In this document: positions 50,849 to 62,104 of the stretch, piece by piece
Layout of the letters: the number at the start of each line of letters is the position of its first letter
How positions within the stretch are numbered: the first letter of the stretch is position 1
Assembly: GCA_049516015.1 (NCBI GenBank)
Contig: JBEKTN010000042.1
Location: 2,930 to 66,929, forward strand
Reading direction: 5' to 3'
DNA: 64,000 nt
Source: Isosphaeraceae bacterium
Lineage (GTDB): Bacteria > Planctomycetota > Planctomycetia > Isosphaerales > Isosphaeraceae
Made by a program: the position numbers and the translations under genes
The notes under the pieces: generated by a model
What the model saw: only the letters and a program-made list of their open reading frames with translations
Database searches by the model: none
What the model was told of the DNA's origin: nothing

Positions 50849-51745
50849 GGCAGCCTTATCATCTTTCTCTTCCTCATCGATCATCTGGGCAAGGCGCTTC
50901 GACCGAGTGGGGTATTGCGATCGGTAGCTAAGCTCGGCCGAGAAGTGATCGAGAGCGTTTACCCACGTCAAGACGAAGGTCCAGACGCCCCCGCTGAGGA
51001 CTCCGGGCCCGTCGTCGATCAGAAAGACGTCTGCACTGGCACGAACTCGAGGGACGGAGTGGTGCTCGCCTGCGACGTCCCCGGCCTGGTCACCCTCGCC
51101 AAGCGAGCCGATTGTGTGATCAGGATGGTCCCCCAGGTTGGTGACTTCGTGGCGGCGGGAGTTCCCCTGTTCAGAATCCACCCTGGAGGCACGAGACTGC
51201 CGACGGACGCCTTGCGCCAGTCGGTATGCGTCGGTGACGAACGAACCTTGGAGCAGGACCCGACCTTCGTCTTCCGGATTCTTGTGGATATCGCCTCCAA
51301 GGGACTATCACCAGCGATCAATGACCCCACCACCGCAGTTCTTGCCATTGACCAGGTTCACCACCTCTTACGCAGTGTCGGAACACGGCACCTGGACGAG
51401 GGCCGGGTGCTCGATGCGTCGGGGCAGCTTCGGCTCGTGTATCGGACACCGGACTGGGAGGATTTCGTCGAACTGGCCGTCACGGAAATCCGTCACGTCG
51501 GTGGCCAGAGCATCCAGGTCGCTCGCCGGTTACGGGCGATGCTGGAAAACCTGATCCAGACCCTGCCCGAGAGCCGCGCCTACTTGCTGTGCCGGGAACT
51601 AACGCTCCTGCATCGGTCGGCAGAACGCTTCTTCACCGAGCCCGAAGACCGAGCCCTTGCGGAGGTCAGTGGCTTGCAGGGTATGGCCGGCAGCCTGCGC
51701 CACGCGAAGGCGGACAAACGAGTCATCGAGAAAACGCATCCATAA
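50849..51745 (+). pseudogene. 5'-truncated DUF2254-like membrane protein paralogue
   Basis: LVDIASKGLSPAINDPTTAVLAIDQ matches the C-terminal half of 56092-57384; the frame starts within a TM helix. Confidence 0.8.
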
Positions 51746-51887
51746 GAAACAACCTGAACCAGGTTAATCTGGAGGATGATCGAGATCTGCGGGAATGCTA
51801 TGTTGGTTTACGTGACGGTATCGCCGCGGCTCCCGGAGGAGTCGCCGAGAGACGTTGATCGGCACCTGATCCGGAAAGGAACCTGAG

Positions 51888-52709
51888 ATGAAGACCCGTG
51901 AAGACGATGAAAGAGAAACCGTAGCCGCAGATCGAACTGAGCTCAAAGGCAAGGAGTACGAGCGTGAGCTCAAGAGGCTCCACGTCGAACTCGTGAAATT
52001 GCAGGAGTGGGTGCGGCACAAGGGCCTGAAAGTCTGCATCCTGTTCGAGGGTCGGGATGGTGCCGGCAAGGGTGGGACGATCAAGGCAATCACCGAACGC
52101 GTCAGTCCGCGAGTCTTCCGGGTGATTGCCTTGCCCACACCGACGGAACGAGAGCAATCCCAGATGTACATCCAGCGCTATCTGCCCCACCTGCCCGCGG
52201 CGCGTGAGATCGTGATCTTTGACCGAAGCTGGTACAACCGGGCGGGCGTTGAGCGGGTGATGGGATTCTGTACCGAGGACCAGGTGAAGAATTTCCTCCA
52301 ACTCGCGCCTCTGGTCGAGAAGACGATGGTGGATTCGGGGATCATCCTGCTGAAGTACTGGCTGGAGGTGAGCCCGGAGGAACAGACCCGGCGGCTAGAA
52401 GCGCGAATCGACGATGGACGCAAGATCTGGAAGCTCTCGCCGATGGACCTCAAATCGTACAGCCGCTGGTACGACTACTCACGGGCGCGTGACGAGATGT
52501 TCGCCGCAACCGATACGTCCTGGGCGCCCTGGTTTGTCGTGCGGTCTGACGACAAGAAACGGGCGCGGCTGAATGTAATAACCCACCTATTGAGTCAGAT
52601 CGGTTATGAGGAACTCCCACGAGAGGAAGTCAAGCTGCCGAAACGCCAGAAGAGAGGAGATTACCAGGAGTCGAACCATCCCTACAGGTTCGTGCCTGAG
52701 ATCCACTGA
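51888..52709 (+). CDS. ppk2: Polyphosphate kinase 2
   Basis: FEGRDGAGKGG, FDRSWYNRAGVERVMGF, WKLSPMDL, DDKKRARLN. Confidence 0.96.
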   Translation: MKTREDDERETVAADRTELKGKEYERELKRLHVELVKLQEWVRHKGLKVCILFEGRDGAGKGGTIKAITERVSPRVFRVIALPTPTEREQSQMYIQRYLPHLPAAREIVIFDRSWYNRAGVERVMGFCTEDQVKNFLQLAPLVEKTMVDSGIILLKYWLEVSPEEQTRRLEARIDDGRKIWKLSPMDLKSYSRWYDYSRARDEMFAATDTSWAPWFVVRSDDKKRARLNVITHLLSQIGYEELPREEVKLPKRQKRGDYQESNHPYRFVPEIH

Positions 52710-52840
52710 AACGTAGGGGACAGTCAGCGTAACTCTCCCGGGGCTTGACGGCGTGGAATGGGACAGGCACTGCTCATGTCTGTCCTTGCTCTGCTGTCTC
52801 CTTCTTGCAGCAGCCGACAATGCCTGTCCTTGCTCTGCCC

Positions 52841-52998
52841 TGTCGAGATTTCCGATTGGGGGAAAAGTGAGGGTGCCGGGATCCGCGCGATTCGCTAATT
52901 CCTGACGCTGGAGGACAGATCCGAGCTGCCTCGGCGCGAGGTTGTCATCCTTCTTCGGTCTGGAAGTGGTGCTTCTTGAGTTCCTTGAACTGAACCGC
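52841..52998 (-). repeat. Copy B of the ~160-bp non-coding direct repeat
   Basis: Aligns with 50682-50840. Confidence 0.85.
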
Positions 52999-53230
52999 TT
53001 TGCGGTGGGCCGACTGCCTGCGGCCTATGGAGATTGAATCGGCCCGGCGCGGTCCTCCTGGCTCGTCCAGACGGTCGCTCCGCCGCCCGGGGCAGACGCA
53101 GGATGCGCACGGCCGGCTGCGTTTGTGGTGGGTGACGCCGGATTGCGCGGATTATGCGGCGGGGCAAAAGGGCCGGGTCGACCCGGCCCTTTCTCTTCCG
53201 GACACCTCCCTCAACCTGCTCGATCAGGGA

Positions 53231-54310
53231 TCACGGCGTCCCGGCGCCGACGGTCGCGAGGCTCTCCAGGAACTTGCGCCCTTGCTTTTCCCCGTCTTCG
53301 ATCAGCTTGTGAATATGGGTGGGTTCCCTCGAGAGCTTGCTGACATAGTCGAGAGTGGACTGAAGTTCGGAGGACATACGGACGAATCGGACGGTAATGG
53401 GTTCCCGTCTAGTAATACCGAATTTCGCGAAGACATCAGCGTCAAAAGCCGCCAGCCCCAACATCTTATTGCAGAACTCGACAAACTCCAGGCTCTGCTG
53501 CAACGAAACGTTGCCCTCCATCTGGTTGCGGCGGTCGAAGATCTGCGAATTGGTCTTGGGAAGGGATTCCACCGCGGTCGGGTTGATCTGGATCACCCAG
53601 ATCTCGTCGGGGATGTTCTCAGCCCCCACGAAGACCGGACGGATGAGCTCCTTCACGGGTGGGTTGTCGGAGAACAGGCCGTCCCAGTAGTAGTGACCAT
53701 CAATCTCGACGGCGGGGAAGAGGGTCGGTATCGCTGCCGATGCGAGGATCGCCTCCACCCGGATCTCGCCCGCGCGGGAGTTGAACTTCTTGAGCTCTCC
53801 GGTGAGGACATCCGCTGCGCCGAGCAGGAGGAGCGGACTGTCAGGTCTGACCAGGTTCGGCAGTTCTTCAAAGGCGATGTGAGCTTCGAGGGCGCCTTTC
53901 AGGTCCGTGAAGAACCGACGAGGGAGGAAAGAGGTCACCGCGGAGATGAACATCTGGCTCAGGGCCGACACGGGGCTCAGCTCGAGGTGGGGGATAACCC
54001 CATTCTCGATCAGCCTCAACATCTCGGCCGAAAACTGGTCCACATAGAGTTCGGGAGGTATCTGGGCGATGATCTCCTCCCAGAAGTCCTTGATTCGCTT
54101 CTGAATGGGGATGGGGTCCCCGGCAGCAGCCTTGAGTAGCCCATACCAGGCCACTGCGGCGCAGACCGCTCCTCCCGAGGTGCCACTCAAGCTCACGATC
54201 TGCTTCTTGAGATGGAGCTCTCTCTCGAAGAACGCGGACAAGACACCCGCCGTGAATGCGGTTTGGCTCCCGCCGCCCTGGCAAGCGATCGCGATCTTTT
54301 GCTTCGCCAT
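53231..54310 (-). CDS. Patatin-like phospholipase
   Basis: QGGGSQTAF, GTSGG nucleophile elbow, YWDGLFSDNPP. Confidence 0.92.
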   Translation of the reverse strand: MAKQKIAIACQGGGSQTAFTAGVLSAFFERELHLKKQIVSLSGTSGGAVCAAVAWYGLLKAAAGDPIPIQKRIKDFWEEIIAQIPPELYVDQFSAEMLRLIENGVIPHLELSPVSALSQMFISAVTSFLPRRFFTDLKGALEAHIAFEELPNLVRPDSPLLLLGAADVLTGELKKFNSRAGEIRVEAILASAAIPTLFPAVEIDGHYYWDGLFSDNPPVKELIRPVFVGAENIPDEIWVIQINPTAVESLPKTNSQIFDRRNQMEGNVSLQQSLEFVEFCNKMLGLAAFDADVFAKFGITRREPITVRFVRMSSELQSTLDYVSKLSREPTHIHKLIEDGEKQGRKFLESLATVGAGTP

Positions 54311-54459
54311 TGGAGTATCGGCCCCCTCTCGTCGTAGTTTGTCTCGCAAGGCCACTAGAGCAAGTATTCCTGTTGTTGTGACAATGTCAAATTCGGTTCA
54401 GCCTGATTCCGCGAGTGCCGCTCGTTGAGGATCAACCGCGATTGCAGTGGAGCGTGGTG

Positions 54460-55830
54460 TCAGAACGACAGCCTGGCCCTGAGGCCGACGAGGATGGCCG
54501 GCTCGGTGTGGTGCTGGGCGGGATCGAGAATCTGCAGGTCAGGCGTCACATGGAACCAGGGTGTGACGGCCGCGTTGTAGAACAGTTCCACGCCGTCCTC
54601 GGCGCCGAACCCGTGGAGAGTCAGGATCGGCAGGTTGCTGACTCCGAGATGGTAATAGCCGATGCCGATCGTGTCGTTCTCGCGACCGCGGATCAGGCCG
54701 TTCCCCACCAGAGACAGATTGGCGAACCAGCGGATCGGATTCGGGTCCCCATCGGTCAGGCCGAGGTCACTGTTGAGGGTCCAGTTGCGTTTCGGGTCTT
54801 CCGCATCGGCGTACAGCACCTGATCGAATCGATAGGTCACGGTCCAAGCAGAGTCCTTTTTTGGAAGCGGTGCCCCCGAGAGAACCAACTGGAGCAGCAG
54901 ATACGGATTCGTACCGAGGGCCGTCCGGGTCGCGCTGGAATACAGAAATCCGACCGTGCTATGCCCCGGAAGGTCAAACCAGTTGGTCCTCAGCCGGTAT
55001 TCACCATAGAGCACCACGCCATTGGAGAACAAGGTCGAGAATCCGCTCGTCGTGGGGGTGTAATGGGTATCGAGCAGATAGAAATTGAACACCGGCTCGA
55101 CTTCGTCCCGGACTGTGAAGCCAGCCCCCAGAGTGCTGGGGAGCAGATAGGACCGGCAGAGGTTCGATTGCATCGCCGCGTTCCAGAAATAGTTAAGACG
55201 CGGGCCTTTGGTATAGGTGGCCGGAGTCCCATCCAGAATGTTGAGCTTCCCGAAGAAGACCGAGAGGCTTTCCGAAAGGGCCTGCGTGTACTGCACGCCG
55301 GTGAGCGCCGTCACGTTCTGGTTTAGCCGCGGAAGTGCCATGGCAAAGTTCGACAGTGCCACTGCACCGTCGATCTCGTTGCAGTCCTGCCCCAGGCGCG
55401 TCTCACCGCGGAGATCGAGGTGCCCTCCTTCCCAGAGTCCCACTTTCCCGGTGTCGATGTCGATCAGATAGTCGCCGCGGCCGCCATAAGCGAAGCGCTG
55501 CGCTCGGCCGCCGGTGGTCACCCCCTGGTAATACTGGGTGAGGTCACCGAAGAAGCTGAAGCCATTTTCGGCGAGTTTGTTTCGCGAGCCAAACCAGTCG
55601 CCTGTCAGTTGCGATCGCTTCCAGAAGTCGCCGCTCCAGGGCGGGGCCGGAGTCTGCGGGGGCGATGGCGCGTCGATCTGTTCATTCAGGCTCCGGCTGG
55701 ATCCCGCGATAGCTTCGACCCCAGACGGCTCAATCGGGTCGCCGCCCGATGCCAGTTCCGAAAGGAAGAGCAGCAGCGCCGCGACGCAAAGTCCGAGATT
55801 GCCTGCACTGGGGTATCCTGACTGCCCCAT
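54460..55830 (-). CDS. OprB-type carbohydrate porin
   Basis: LTGDWFGSRNKLAENG, GRENDTIGIG, ELFYNAAVTPWFHVTPDLQ, terminal Phe. Confidence 0.88.
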   Translation of the reverse strand: MGQSGYPSAGNLGLCVAALLLFLSELASGGDPIEPSGVEAIAGSSRSLNEQIDAPSPPQTPAPPWSGDFWKRSQLTGDWFGSRNKLAENGFSFFGDLTQYYQGVTTGGRAQRFAYGGRGDYLIDIDTGKVGLWEGGHLDLRGETRLGQDCNEIDGAVALSNFAMALPRLNQNVTALTGVQYTQALSESLSVFFGKLNILDGTPATYTKGPRLNYFWNAAMQSNLCRSYLLPSTLGAGFTVRDEVEPVFNFYLLDTHYTPTTSGFSTLFSNGVVLYGEYRLRTNWFDLPGHSTVGFLYSSATRTALGTNPYLLLQLVLSGAPLPKKDSAWTVTYRFDQVLYADAEDPKRNWTLNSDLGLTDGDPNPIRWFANLSLVGNGLIRGRENDTIGIGYYHLGVSNLPILTLHGFGAEDGVELFYNAAVTPWFHVTPDLQILDPAQHHTEPAILVGLRARLSF

Positions 55831-56091
55831 AGCCGCCTCCCTGCACCGGCGCAAACTTACCCCGCCGGCGCTCGATCGCCGCATGTCTTTTCTTCGGCAC
55901 GGCGCGCCGGTAGACCGCAAAGAAATTCCGGGGTCTGCCGGATTTAGCGGTGGCAATGGCCGTCAGCGGGGCGTGTCACGGTTTTTATGCCGGTCGCACT
56001 GTTCAGCAAAATGACCGACACCTGCCACGATCGCAGATCGACGAATAAAGCGGTAAGCAACCACCGCGTTGCCCGCATCATGCCAAAGATG

Positions 56092-57384
56092 CTAGGACGA
56101 CTCCGAACTGCCAATACCCTGCAAATCTCCCACCGCCGCGCGAGCGCGGTCTTCTTCATCGGCAAAAGCACGCTGCGTTGCTCGCTGGAGCAAGGCGAGT
56201 TCCTGTTGCAGCGCCGCCTTACGTGCTTCGGGCAATACACGCAGCAAATGCTCGAGCAGGATATGGAGCCGGCGCGTCACCTGCATGCTGCTGGCGCCGT
56301 AATGGCGAATTTCCGTGACGGCCAGGCTGACAAAATCGATCCAATCCGGTGTCCCGTAGCACAAGCGCAGCCGGCCATGGGCGTCGCGCGACTGGCCGGC
56401 ATCGAGGCGGCGCTTGCCGACGTACATCAGGAGTCGGTGAATCTGATCCAGTGCCAGCACGGCGGTCGTCGGATCGTTAATGCCAGGCGACAGAGCCTTG
56501 TTGGCGATGTCCACCATGATGCGAAAGGCAAAACGCGGGTCCTGCTCCATCGTCCGCTCGGGACCGATGGCGACACTGGCACGCAAAGCGCCAGCCTCGA
56601 CGGGACGACCGCCGCTGTGTACGCGAAACAACGGATCGCCCCGGGCCACAAAATCCCCAACTTGCGGCACCAATTCGATCACCACATCAGCACGTTCGGC
56701 GATCGCCATCAGGTCGCGTTGGTCGAACGCCACCACGACGCCCGAAATCCCAAGGTGCGCGACTGTGGAAGCGTGGCTCTCCGGCGCCGCAGACCAACCT
56801 TGTTGCTCCTCGGCAGGATCAAATGGCTCGGGATAGATGCTCTCCACCACGGCGCGTCCTTCTTCAGCCACTGCCTCGAGCACCGCAATCGGCCGCAACG
56901 ATCCACCGAGCCATTGTACGAACCAGAAGAAAACGGCGATGCACACCAGGTTGCAGACGATGGCAAACGCAACTGGTAATTGCGGCGTCGTGTCGTCGAT
57001 TCGGCCCGAAGCGGCGATGGTATACGTGTAGGCAAAGGTGAAGGCGCTGAGGACCCATTTGAGGCGCCGGTCCGCGAACACCATGGCGATGATGCGCGGC
57101 GTCAACTGCGCGCTGGCCAATTGCACGACAATCAACAGCGACGACACGACGAAAACAACGAAAGTCAGCATCGATGACGTGAACGCTCCCAAAATCGTCC
57201 GGGCGCCCTCCGGAGCCAGGTTGAACCAGGTCCAGCCCGTAGCGCGATCGAGCCAACGGATGAGCGGCGCGACCACGAGGACAAGGCCAATGGTCAGCAC
57301 AGGCAGAAGCCAGAGCGACCTGCGAACCGTCCGTTTCAGTTGATAGCGTTGCAGCCACGTCATCCGCGATTCACTCCTGATCAT
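56092..57384 (-). CDS. DUF2254 membrane protein
   Basis: VQLASAQLTPR, RTMEQDP, VDIANKALSPGINDPTTAV. Confidence 0.88.
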   Translation of the reverse strand: MIRSESRMTWLQRYQLKRTVRRSLWLLPVLTIGLVLVVAPLIRWLDRATGWTWFNLAPEGARTILGAFTSSMLTFVVFVVSSLLIVVQLASAQLTPRIIAMVFADRRLKWVLSAFTFAYTYTIAASGRIDDTTPQLPVAFAIVCNLVCIAVFFWFVQWLGGSLRPIAVLEAVAEEGRAVVESIYPEPFDPAEEQQGWSAAPESHASTVAHLGISGVVVAFDQRDLMAIAERADVVIELVPQVGDFVARGDPLFRVHSGGRPVEAGALRASVAIGPERTMEQDPRFAFRIMVDIANKALSPGINDPTTAVLALDQIHRLLMYVGKRRLDAGQSRDAHGRLRLCYGTPDWIDFVSLAVTEIRHYGASSMQVTRRLHILLEHLLRVLPEARKAALQQELALLQRATQRAFADEEDRARAAVGDLQGIGSSESS

Positions 57385-57418
57385 CGAGTGGGAGCACGAC
57401 GCCGGTTTTCAGTTCACC

Positions 57419-58282
57419 TCATGCACCAGGAGCCAGGTCAGTCCGACCCCACGCCAGGGCCAGTATCACTGATCCGACAATCTCGAAGATCCCATAGGCC
57501 AGGACCGCAATGACGGCGGCCGTGCCGCCGAAGTTGCTGGTCGCGATGACCAGGCCGACACCAACGTTGCGCAGCGAGGTGGTGAGCGCCAAAGCCCTGC
57601 GGTTATCGGCTCCCGGACCACCCAGGAGCCAGCCAGAAGCCCAGCTCGCCACGAGCAGGGCCAGCATGCCCCCGTAACCGCGCAGCCGAATCGCCGCCAA
57701 CAGGGGAAAATAGACGATGAGAACGACGACGAGCGTCGCCAGATTGAGGATCGCGCTTAAAAGGTTTGCCGGTCTCTGCAGTCCATTCGCTAGCCTTGGT
57801 AACCAGTGGCGTACACCCAGCCCCAGGCACAGTGGCGCCAGTTGGGTCGCCAGTAGCGTGACGACGATCTGGCCCGCATCGACTTGCAGCGTAGCGCTTC
57901 CCGACATGAGCGGCAAAAGCAGGTGCAATAGCACTGGGGCGGCAATTGCCGACGACCCGGCCAGCAGCACCATCAACCCCACGGCGGCGGCCACATTCCC
58001 CCTGGCGAGCCTGGTGCAGGCGGGACCGAAGGGTGCGCCGGGGCAGACGGCGAGGATGAGAAACCCCGCCGCGACCGTCGCATCGGCGGGTTGGAAGAAG
58101 AGCAACAAGCCCACCGTGACTGCGGGGACGCACAGGTAGTTTGCCAGCGCGGCCTTCGTCGTCAGCCGCCAGTTCCGGGCCACGGCGGCCAGTTCGGCAA
58201 GACTCACTCCCAGCCCGATCGCGACCATCATTTCGATGAGCGTGATCGGGACGAGGATCTTGATGAACCCGGCGACGGTCAT
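57419..58282 (-). CDS. Bile acid:sodium symporter (BASS) family protein
   Basis: MVAIGLG, ALLAN-like LANY, CPGAPFGP, TSLRNVGVGLVIA. Confidence 0.88.
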   Translation of the reverse strand: MTVAGFIKILVPITLIEMMVAIGLGVSLAELAAVARNWRLTTKAALANYLCVPAVTVGLLLFFQPADATVAAGFLILAVCPGAPFGPACTRLARGNVAAAVGLMVLLAGSSAIAAPVLLHLLLPLMSGSATLQVDAGQIVVTLLATQLAPLCLGLGVRHWLPRLANGLQRPANLLSAILNLATLVVVLIVYFPLLAAIRLRGYGGMLALLVASWASGWLLGGPGADNRRALALTTSLRNVGVGLVIATSNFGGTAAVIAVLAYGIFEIVGSVILALAWGRTDLAPGA

Positions 58283-58295
58283 GGTCGTTGTGCTA

Positions 58296-58718
58296 TCATT
58301 CCTTGCAGACGGGCATGGTTCCCAGGATGACCACCGTTACCACGAAGAGCACCAGGGCGATGACGAAGAAGCTGATCCGCAAGCGGGCCAGAGCAGCGTC
58401 ACCCCCGAGATTCTGATGGACTGTGTAGCCGGTAATCGCGAAGCCCGAGCCAGCGATGTCTTCCTCGCGCAGATCCGGGAGCGTCTCCTGGATTTCGCGG
58501 CGCCACTCGGCATTGTTCCGCGAGACTTGCTGTGCACCCGGACCGGTCTGCCAGACGCTCAGGAACCAGATCCAGTCGAAACCAAACTCGGCGAGGCGAT
58601 CCAGTTCGGCGTCAGGGATATCGTTCAGCGTGGCCGGCCGGCCCAGGGTTCGGGATAGTTCCGTCAACCAGACGCGGGTGTTGATCTGATAAAGCGATGG
58701 GTAGCGCGGCACATTCAT
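58296..58718 (-). pseudogene. Truncated GH13 alpha-amylase N-terminus fused to an unrelated hydrophobic tail
   Basis: [36 protein letters not shown]...LGG, then an abrupt switch at ~58377. Confidence 0.8.
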
Positions 58719-61449
58719 GTCTGTGTTTTCCTCCCTCTTTCTGGAAACCCGTCATCTTGCCGCCTTCCAGGGCCCGCGTCGCATCCAAATAGCCATAAAG
58801 ATGGATGAACTTGGCCACGAGCCCGGTCCAGCCGGTCTGATGGCTGGCGCCCAGTCCCGCCCCGTTGTCGCCGTGGAAATATTCGTAAAAGAGGATGTGA
58901 TCGCGCCAATGGGGATCGGACTGGAACTTCTCTGTGCCGCCGTATACCGGACGCCGGCCGCGCTCATCGCGCAGGAAGATCCGAGTGAGCCGGTCGGAGA
59001 TCTCCTTGCTCACCTCGAAGAGGTTCATCATCTTTCCCGACCCTGTGGGGCATTCGATCTTGAAGTTGTCGCCGTAGTATAAGTAGAAATTCAGCAACGC
59101 GCGGATGATCATGGCGTTCACCGGCATCCAGACCGGGCCGCGCCAGTTCGAATTGCCGCCGAACATGCCCGTGTTCGACTCGGCCGGCAGATAGTCCACC
59201 CGGTACTCCTGGCCCTGGACGTAGAAGACGTAGGGATGCTGCTCGTGGAACTTCGAGATCGAGCGGATGCCGTAGGGGCCCATGAACTCGTTCTCGTCGA
59301 GCAACTTCGTCAGGATCTGGCGGAGCCGCTCCGGAGTGAGCAGGGCGAGCAATCCACGATCATTCACGCCACGCTGCCCCAGTCCGACGGGGTGCATCGT
59401 GCTTCCGAGTTCGGGTATCCGCCGCAGCCGTTCCAACAGACCGATCATCGCCCCCGGAATGCGCTCCCGCTGCCACTCTTCGATGACCGTCGTGGCGCAC
59501 AGGGGCAGCAGCCCCACCATGGAACGCACCTTGAGCCGCGTGGCGCTGCCATCGGGGAGCCGCAGCAGGTCGTAGTAAAAGCCGTCTTCCTCGTCCCACA
59601 TGCCGTCCTGCCCGGGACGGTTCATGGCCGCGGCAATGTAGTAGAACTGCTCGGCAAACTTCAGGACCATGTCCTCGTAAATAGGATCGTGGGCAGCGAG
59701 CTCAATGGCGAGCTCCACCATGTTCTGGCTGAACAGGGCCATCCAAGCCGTGCCGTCTGCCTGCTCCAGGTGGCCTCCGGTGGGGAGCGGGGCGCTGCGG
59801 TCGAAGACGCCGATGTTGTCGAGGCCGAGAAAGCCACCCTCGAAGACGTTCTTACCGAAGCGGTCCTTGCGATTTGCCCACCAGGTGAAGTTCAGCATCA
59901 GCTTGTTGAACGCCCCCCTGAGGAAGTCTACGTCTGTCTCGCCGCCCAGAGCCTGCTCGGTGCGATGAAGGAAGAGGGTCGCCCAGGCATGAACCGGCGG
60001 GTTCACGTCACTGAAATTCCACTCGTAAGCCGGGAGCTGCCCGCTGGGATGCAGGTAAACCCCCTTGAGCATCAGCTTCATCTGTTCTTTGGCGAAGTCG
60101 GGGTCCACGATCGCCAGCGGAAGCGTGTGGAAGGCCAAATCCCAAGCCGCGTACCAGGGATACTCCCACTTGTCGGGCATCGAGATGACGTCCTTGTTTA
60201 ACATGTGGAACCACTCCGAGTTCCGTGAGTTGCGATATCCGGAATGCAGTGGGTTGGAGTTGTGCTCATCCAGCCAGTTGTCGCCGTCGAAGAAGAAGAA
60301 CTGCTTGCTCCAGAGCATGCCGGCCAGCGCCTGGCGCATCACGTTGGCCGCGTCGGCACTCACCGATGGCGGAGTAACCGACTGGTAGAACTCATCAGCT
60401 TCACGAAGCCTGTCAGCAAAGACCTGATCAAAGGTCTTGCCAAACGGTTCGCGGTTCTGGTCCGGAGAAGCTATCGTGAGCCGCAGACGAATCACTATCG
60501 TCTGACCGGCGCCGACATTCACCGGGTAATGAGCCGCGACCTTGGTGCCCTGCTTCTCGGGATTCACCGCGCTCTGATTGCCCTGCACCACGCAGTCGTT
60601 GATGCCATCTTTGACGTAGGGGCTCTCGTTCTTCTGCCCGGGGAACAGCCGCTCGTGGTTGGTTTCGTTTTCGGTGAAGAGCAGCGGCGTTTCACCTTCG
60701 CAGCAAAGCATGAATTCACCGAGCACCGAATGTGTTCCCGCGACGGTACTCGTGCCGGCTGAGGGCTTGACCTGCTTGAGGTTTGGTTTCCGGGTGGCTC
60801 GGTTCGATTCGGCGATCCACGACGACCAGTCGTTTCGGAACCACAGCGTCGGCAGAAGATGCAGTTCCGCCGTATCAGGTCCCCGATTGGCCGCCGAGAT
60901 TCGCACCAGGATGTCGTCCGGACCGGCTTTGGCGTACTCCACGTAGATGTCGAAGTATCTGTCGTCCTTGAACACGCCCGTGTCGAGGAGTTCATACTCC
61001 ATGTCGTTGCGGTTGCGCCGGCGGTTCGTCTCCACCAGGTCGGCGTAGGGAAAGGCCGCCTGCGGATACTTGTACAGGTACTTCATGTACGAGTGGGTCG
61101 GCGTGCTGTCGAGGTAGAAGTAGTACTCCTTCACATCCTCACCATGGTTCCCTTCGCTGTTGGTCAATCCAAACAGCCGCTCCTTGAGGATCGGATCCTT
61201 GCCGTTCCAGAGGGCCAGGGCAAAGCAGACCTGCTGCTGGTCGTCGGAGATGCCGGCCAAACCGTCTTCCCCCCAGCGATACGCCCGCGAGCGGGCATGA
61301 TCGTGAGTGAAGAAGTTCCAAGCGTCGCCATTCTCACTGTAGTCCTCACGCACGGTGCCCCACTGGCGCTCGCTGAGGTACGGCCCCCACTGCTTCCAGG
61401 GCACTGCCTTGTCCCGAGCCTCTTCCAAGCGAACGTGTTCAGCCGTCAT
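58612..61449 (-). CDS. MGH1-like glycoside hydrolase (GH63-like glucosidase)
   Basis: [65 protein letters not shown]. Confidence 0.92.
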   Translation of the reverse strand: MTAEHVRLEEARDKAVPWKQWGPYLSERQWGTVREDYSENGDAWNFFTHDHARSRAYRWGEDGLAGISDDQQQVCFALALWNGKDPILKERLFGLTNSEGNHGEDVKEYYFYLDSTPTHSYMKYLYKYPQAAFPYADLVETNRRRNRNDMEYELLDTGVFKDDRYFDIYVEYAKAGPDDILVRISAANRGPDTAELHLLPTLWFRNDWSSWIAESNRATRKPNLKQVKPSAGTSTVAGTHSVLGEFMLCCEGETPLLFTENETNHERLFPGQKNESPYVKDGINDCVVQGNQSAVNPEKQGTKVAAHYPVNVGAGQTIVIRLRLTIASPDQNREPFGKTFDQVFADRLREADEFYQSVTPPSVSADAANVMRQALAGMLWSKQFFFFDGDNWLDEHNSNPLHSGYRNSRNSEWFHMLNKDVISMPDKWEYPWYAAWDLAFHTLPLAIVDPDFAKEQMKLMLKGVYLHPSGQLPAYEWNFSDVNPPVHAWATLFLHRTEQALGGETDVDFLRGAFNKLMLNFTWWANRKDRFGKNVFEGGFLGLDNIGVFDRSAPLPTGGHLEQADGTAWMALFSQNMVELAIELAAHDPIYEDMVLKFAEQFYYIAAAMNRPGQDGMWDEEDGFYYDLLRLPDGSATRLKVRSMVGLLPLCATTVIEEWQRERIPGAMIGLLERLRRIPELGSTMHPVGLGQRGVNDRGLLALLTPERLRQILTKLLDENEFMGPYGIRSISKFHEQHPYVFYVQGQEYRVDYLPAESNTGMFGGNSNWRGPVWMPVNAMIIRALLNFYLYYGDNFKIECPTGSGKMMNLFEVSKEISDRLTRIFLRDERGRRPVYGGTEKFQSDPHWRDHILFYEYFHGDNGAGLGASHQTGWTGLVAKFIHLYGYLDATRALEGGKMTGFQKEGGKHRHECAALPIALSDQHPRLVDGTIPNPGPAGHAERYP

Positions 61450-62104
61450 TGGTGCCTGCTCTGGCTCTCGACGAGACCATAGGAAAGGGAGATCAAGAAG
61501 TGGACGTGCACCGATTTAGTATAACTCGTTTGATCGCTTCGGCTCGGGCGATTTCAGCGATTCTCCAACTTTTCAACGACAGAGCCTGGCGAATCGCGCA
61601 TCCCGGCAGTCTTGTTACGGGTCGAATGGACGGAAACGAGTGCCTCCTCGTCAGAATCGGAACCCGGCGAGCAGACCGTAGACCTGGTCGACTCTGGCCG
61701 GCGCGTCACGTAGCCTACCCCGAAGAAGACGGAGACAGTTTCAAGGAGACGGAAGAGTCCTAAAGCATCAGCCACCTACGCGAATCGTCGGGCTCAGCGT
61801 GATCTTGGGTCTGCTCCTGGCCTCGGGCCAGGCCCTTGCGAATTCCTCTGATCTGCTCCGCCGCGTGCCGGACTCGGCCAACACGATTCCTTGCCGGGGC
61901 CGTCCAGGTGGCCGGACATGATGGTCGGCGATCCCTGTCTGCCGTAGAGCCTGCTTCCATGCAGTTCAAGAAGATAGGCGGAATGACGAATGCTCCGAAA
62001 AACCCGTGTGGTAAACTTCGTAAACGCCGGTTTTGAAACCGGCTCTGGCAGGTGCATCAACCCGCTCTCGCAATGCGCTGCGTCAACCGTAAGAGAAAAC
62101 GTTC

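Noticed and set aside
61450-62100. Short ORFs in the divergent intergenic region
   Set aside because: No motifs or coding-like composition; likely a promoter region
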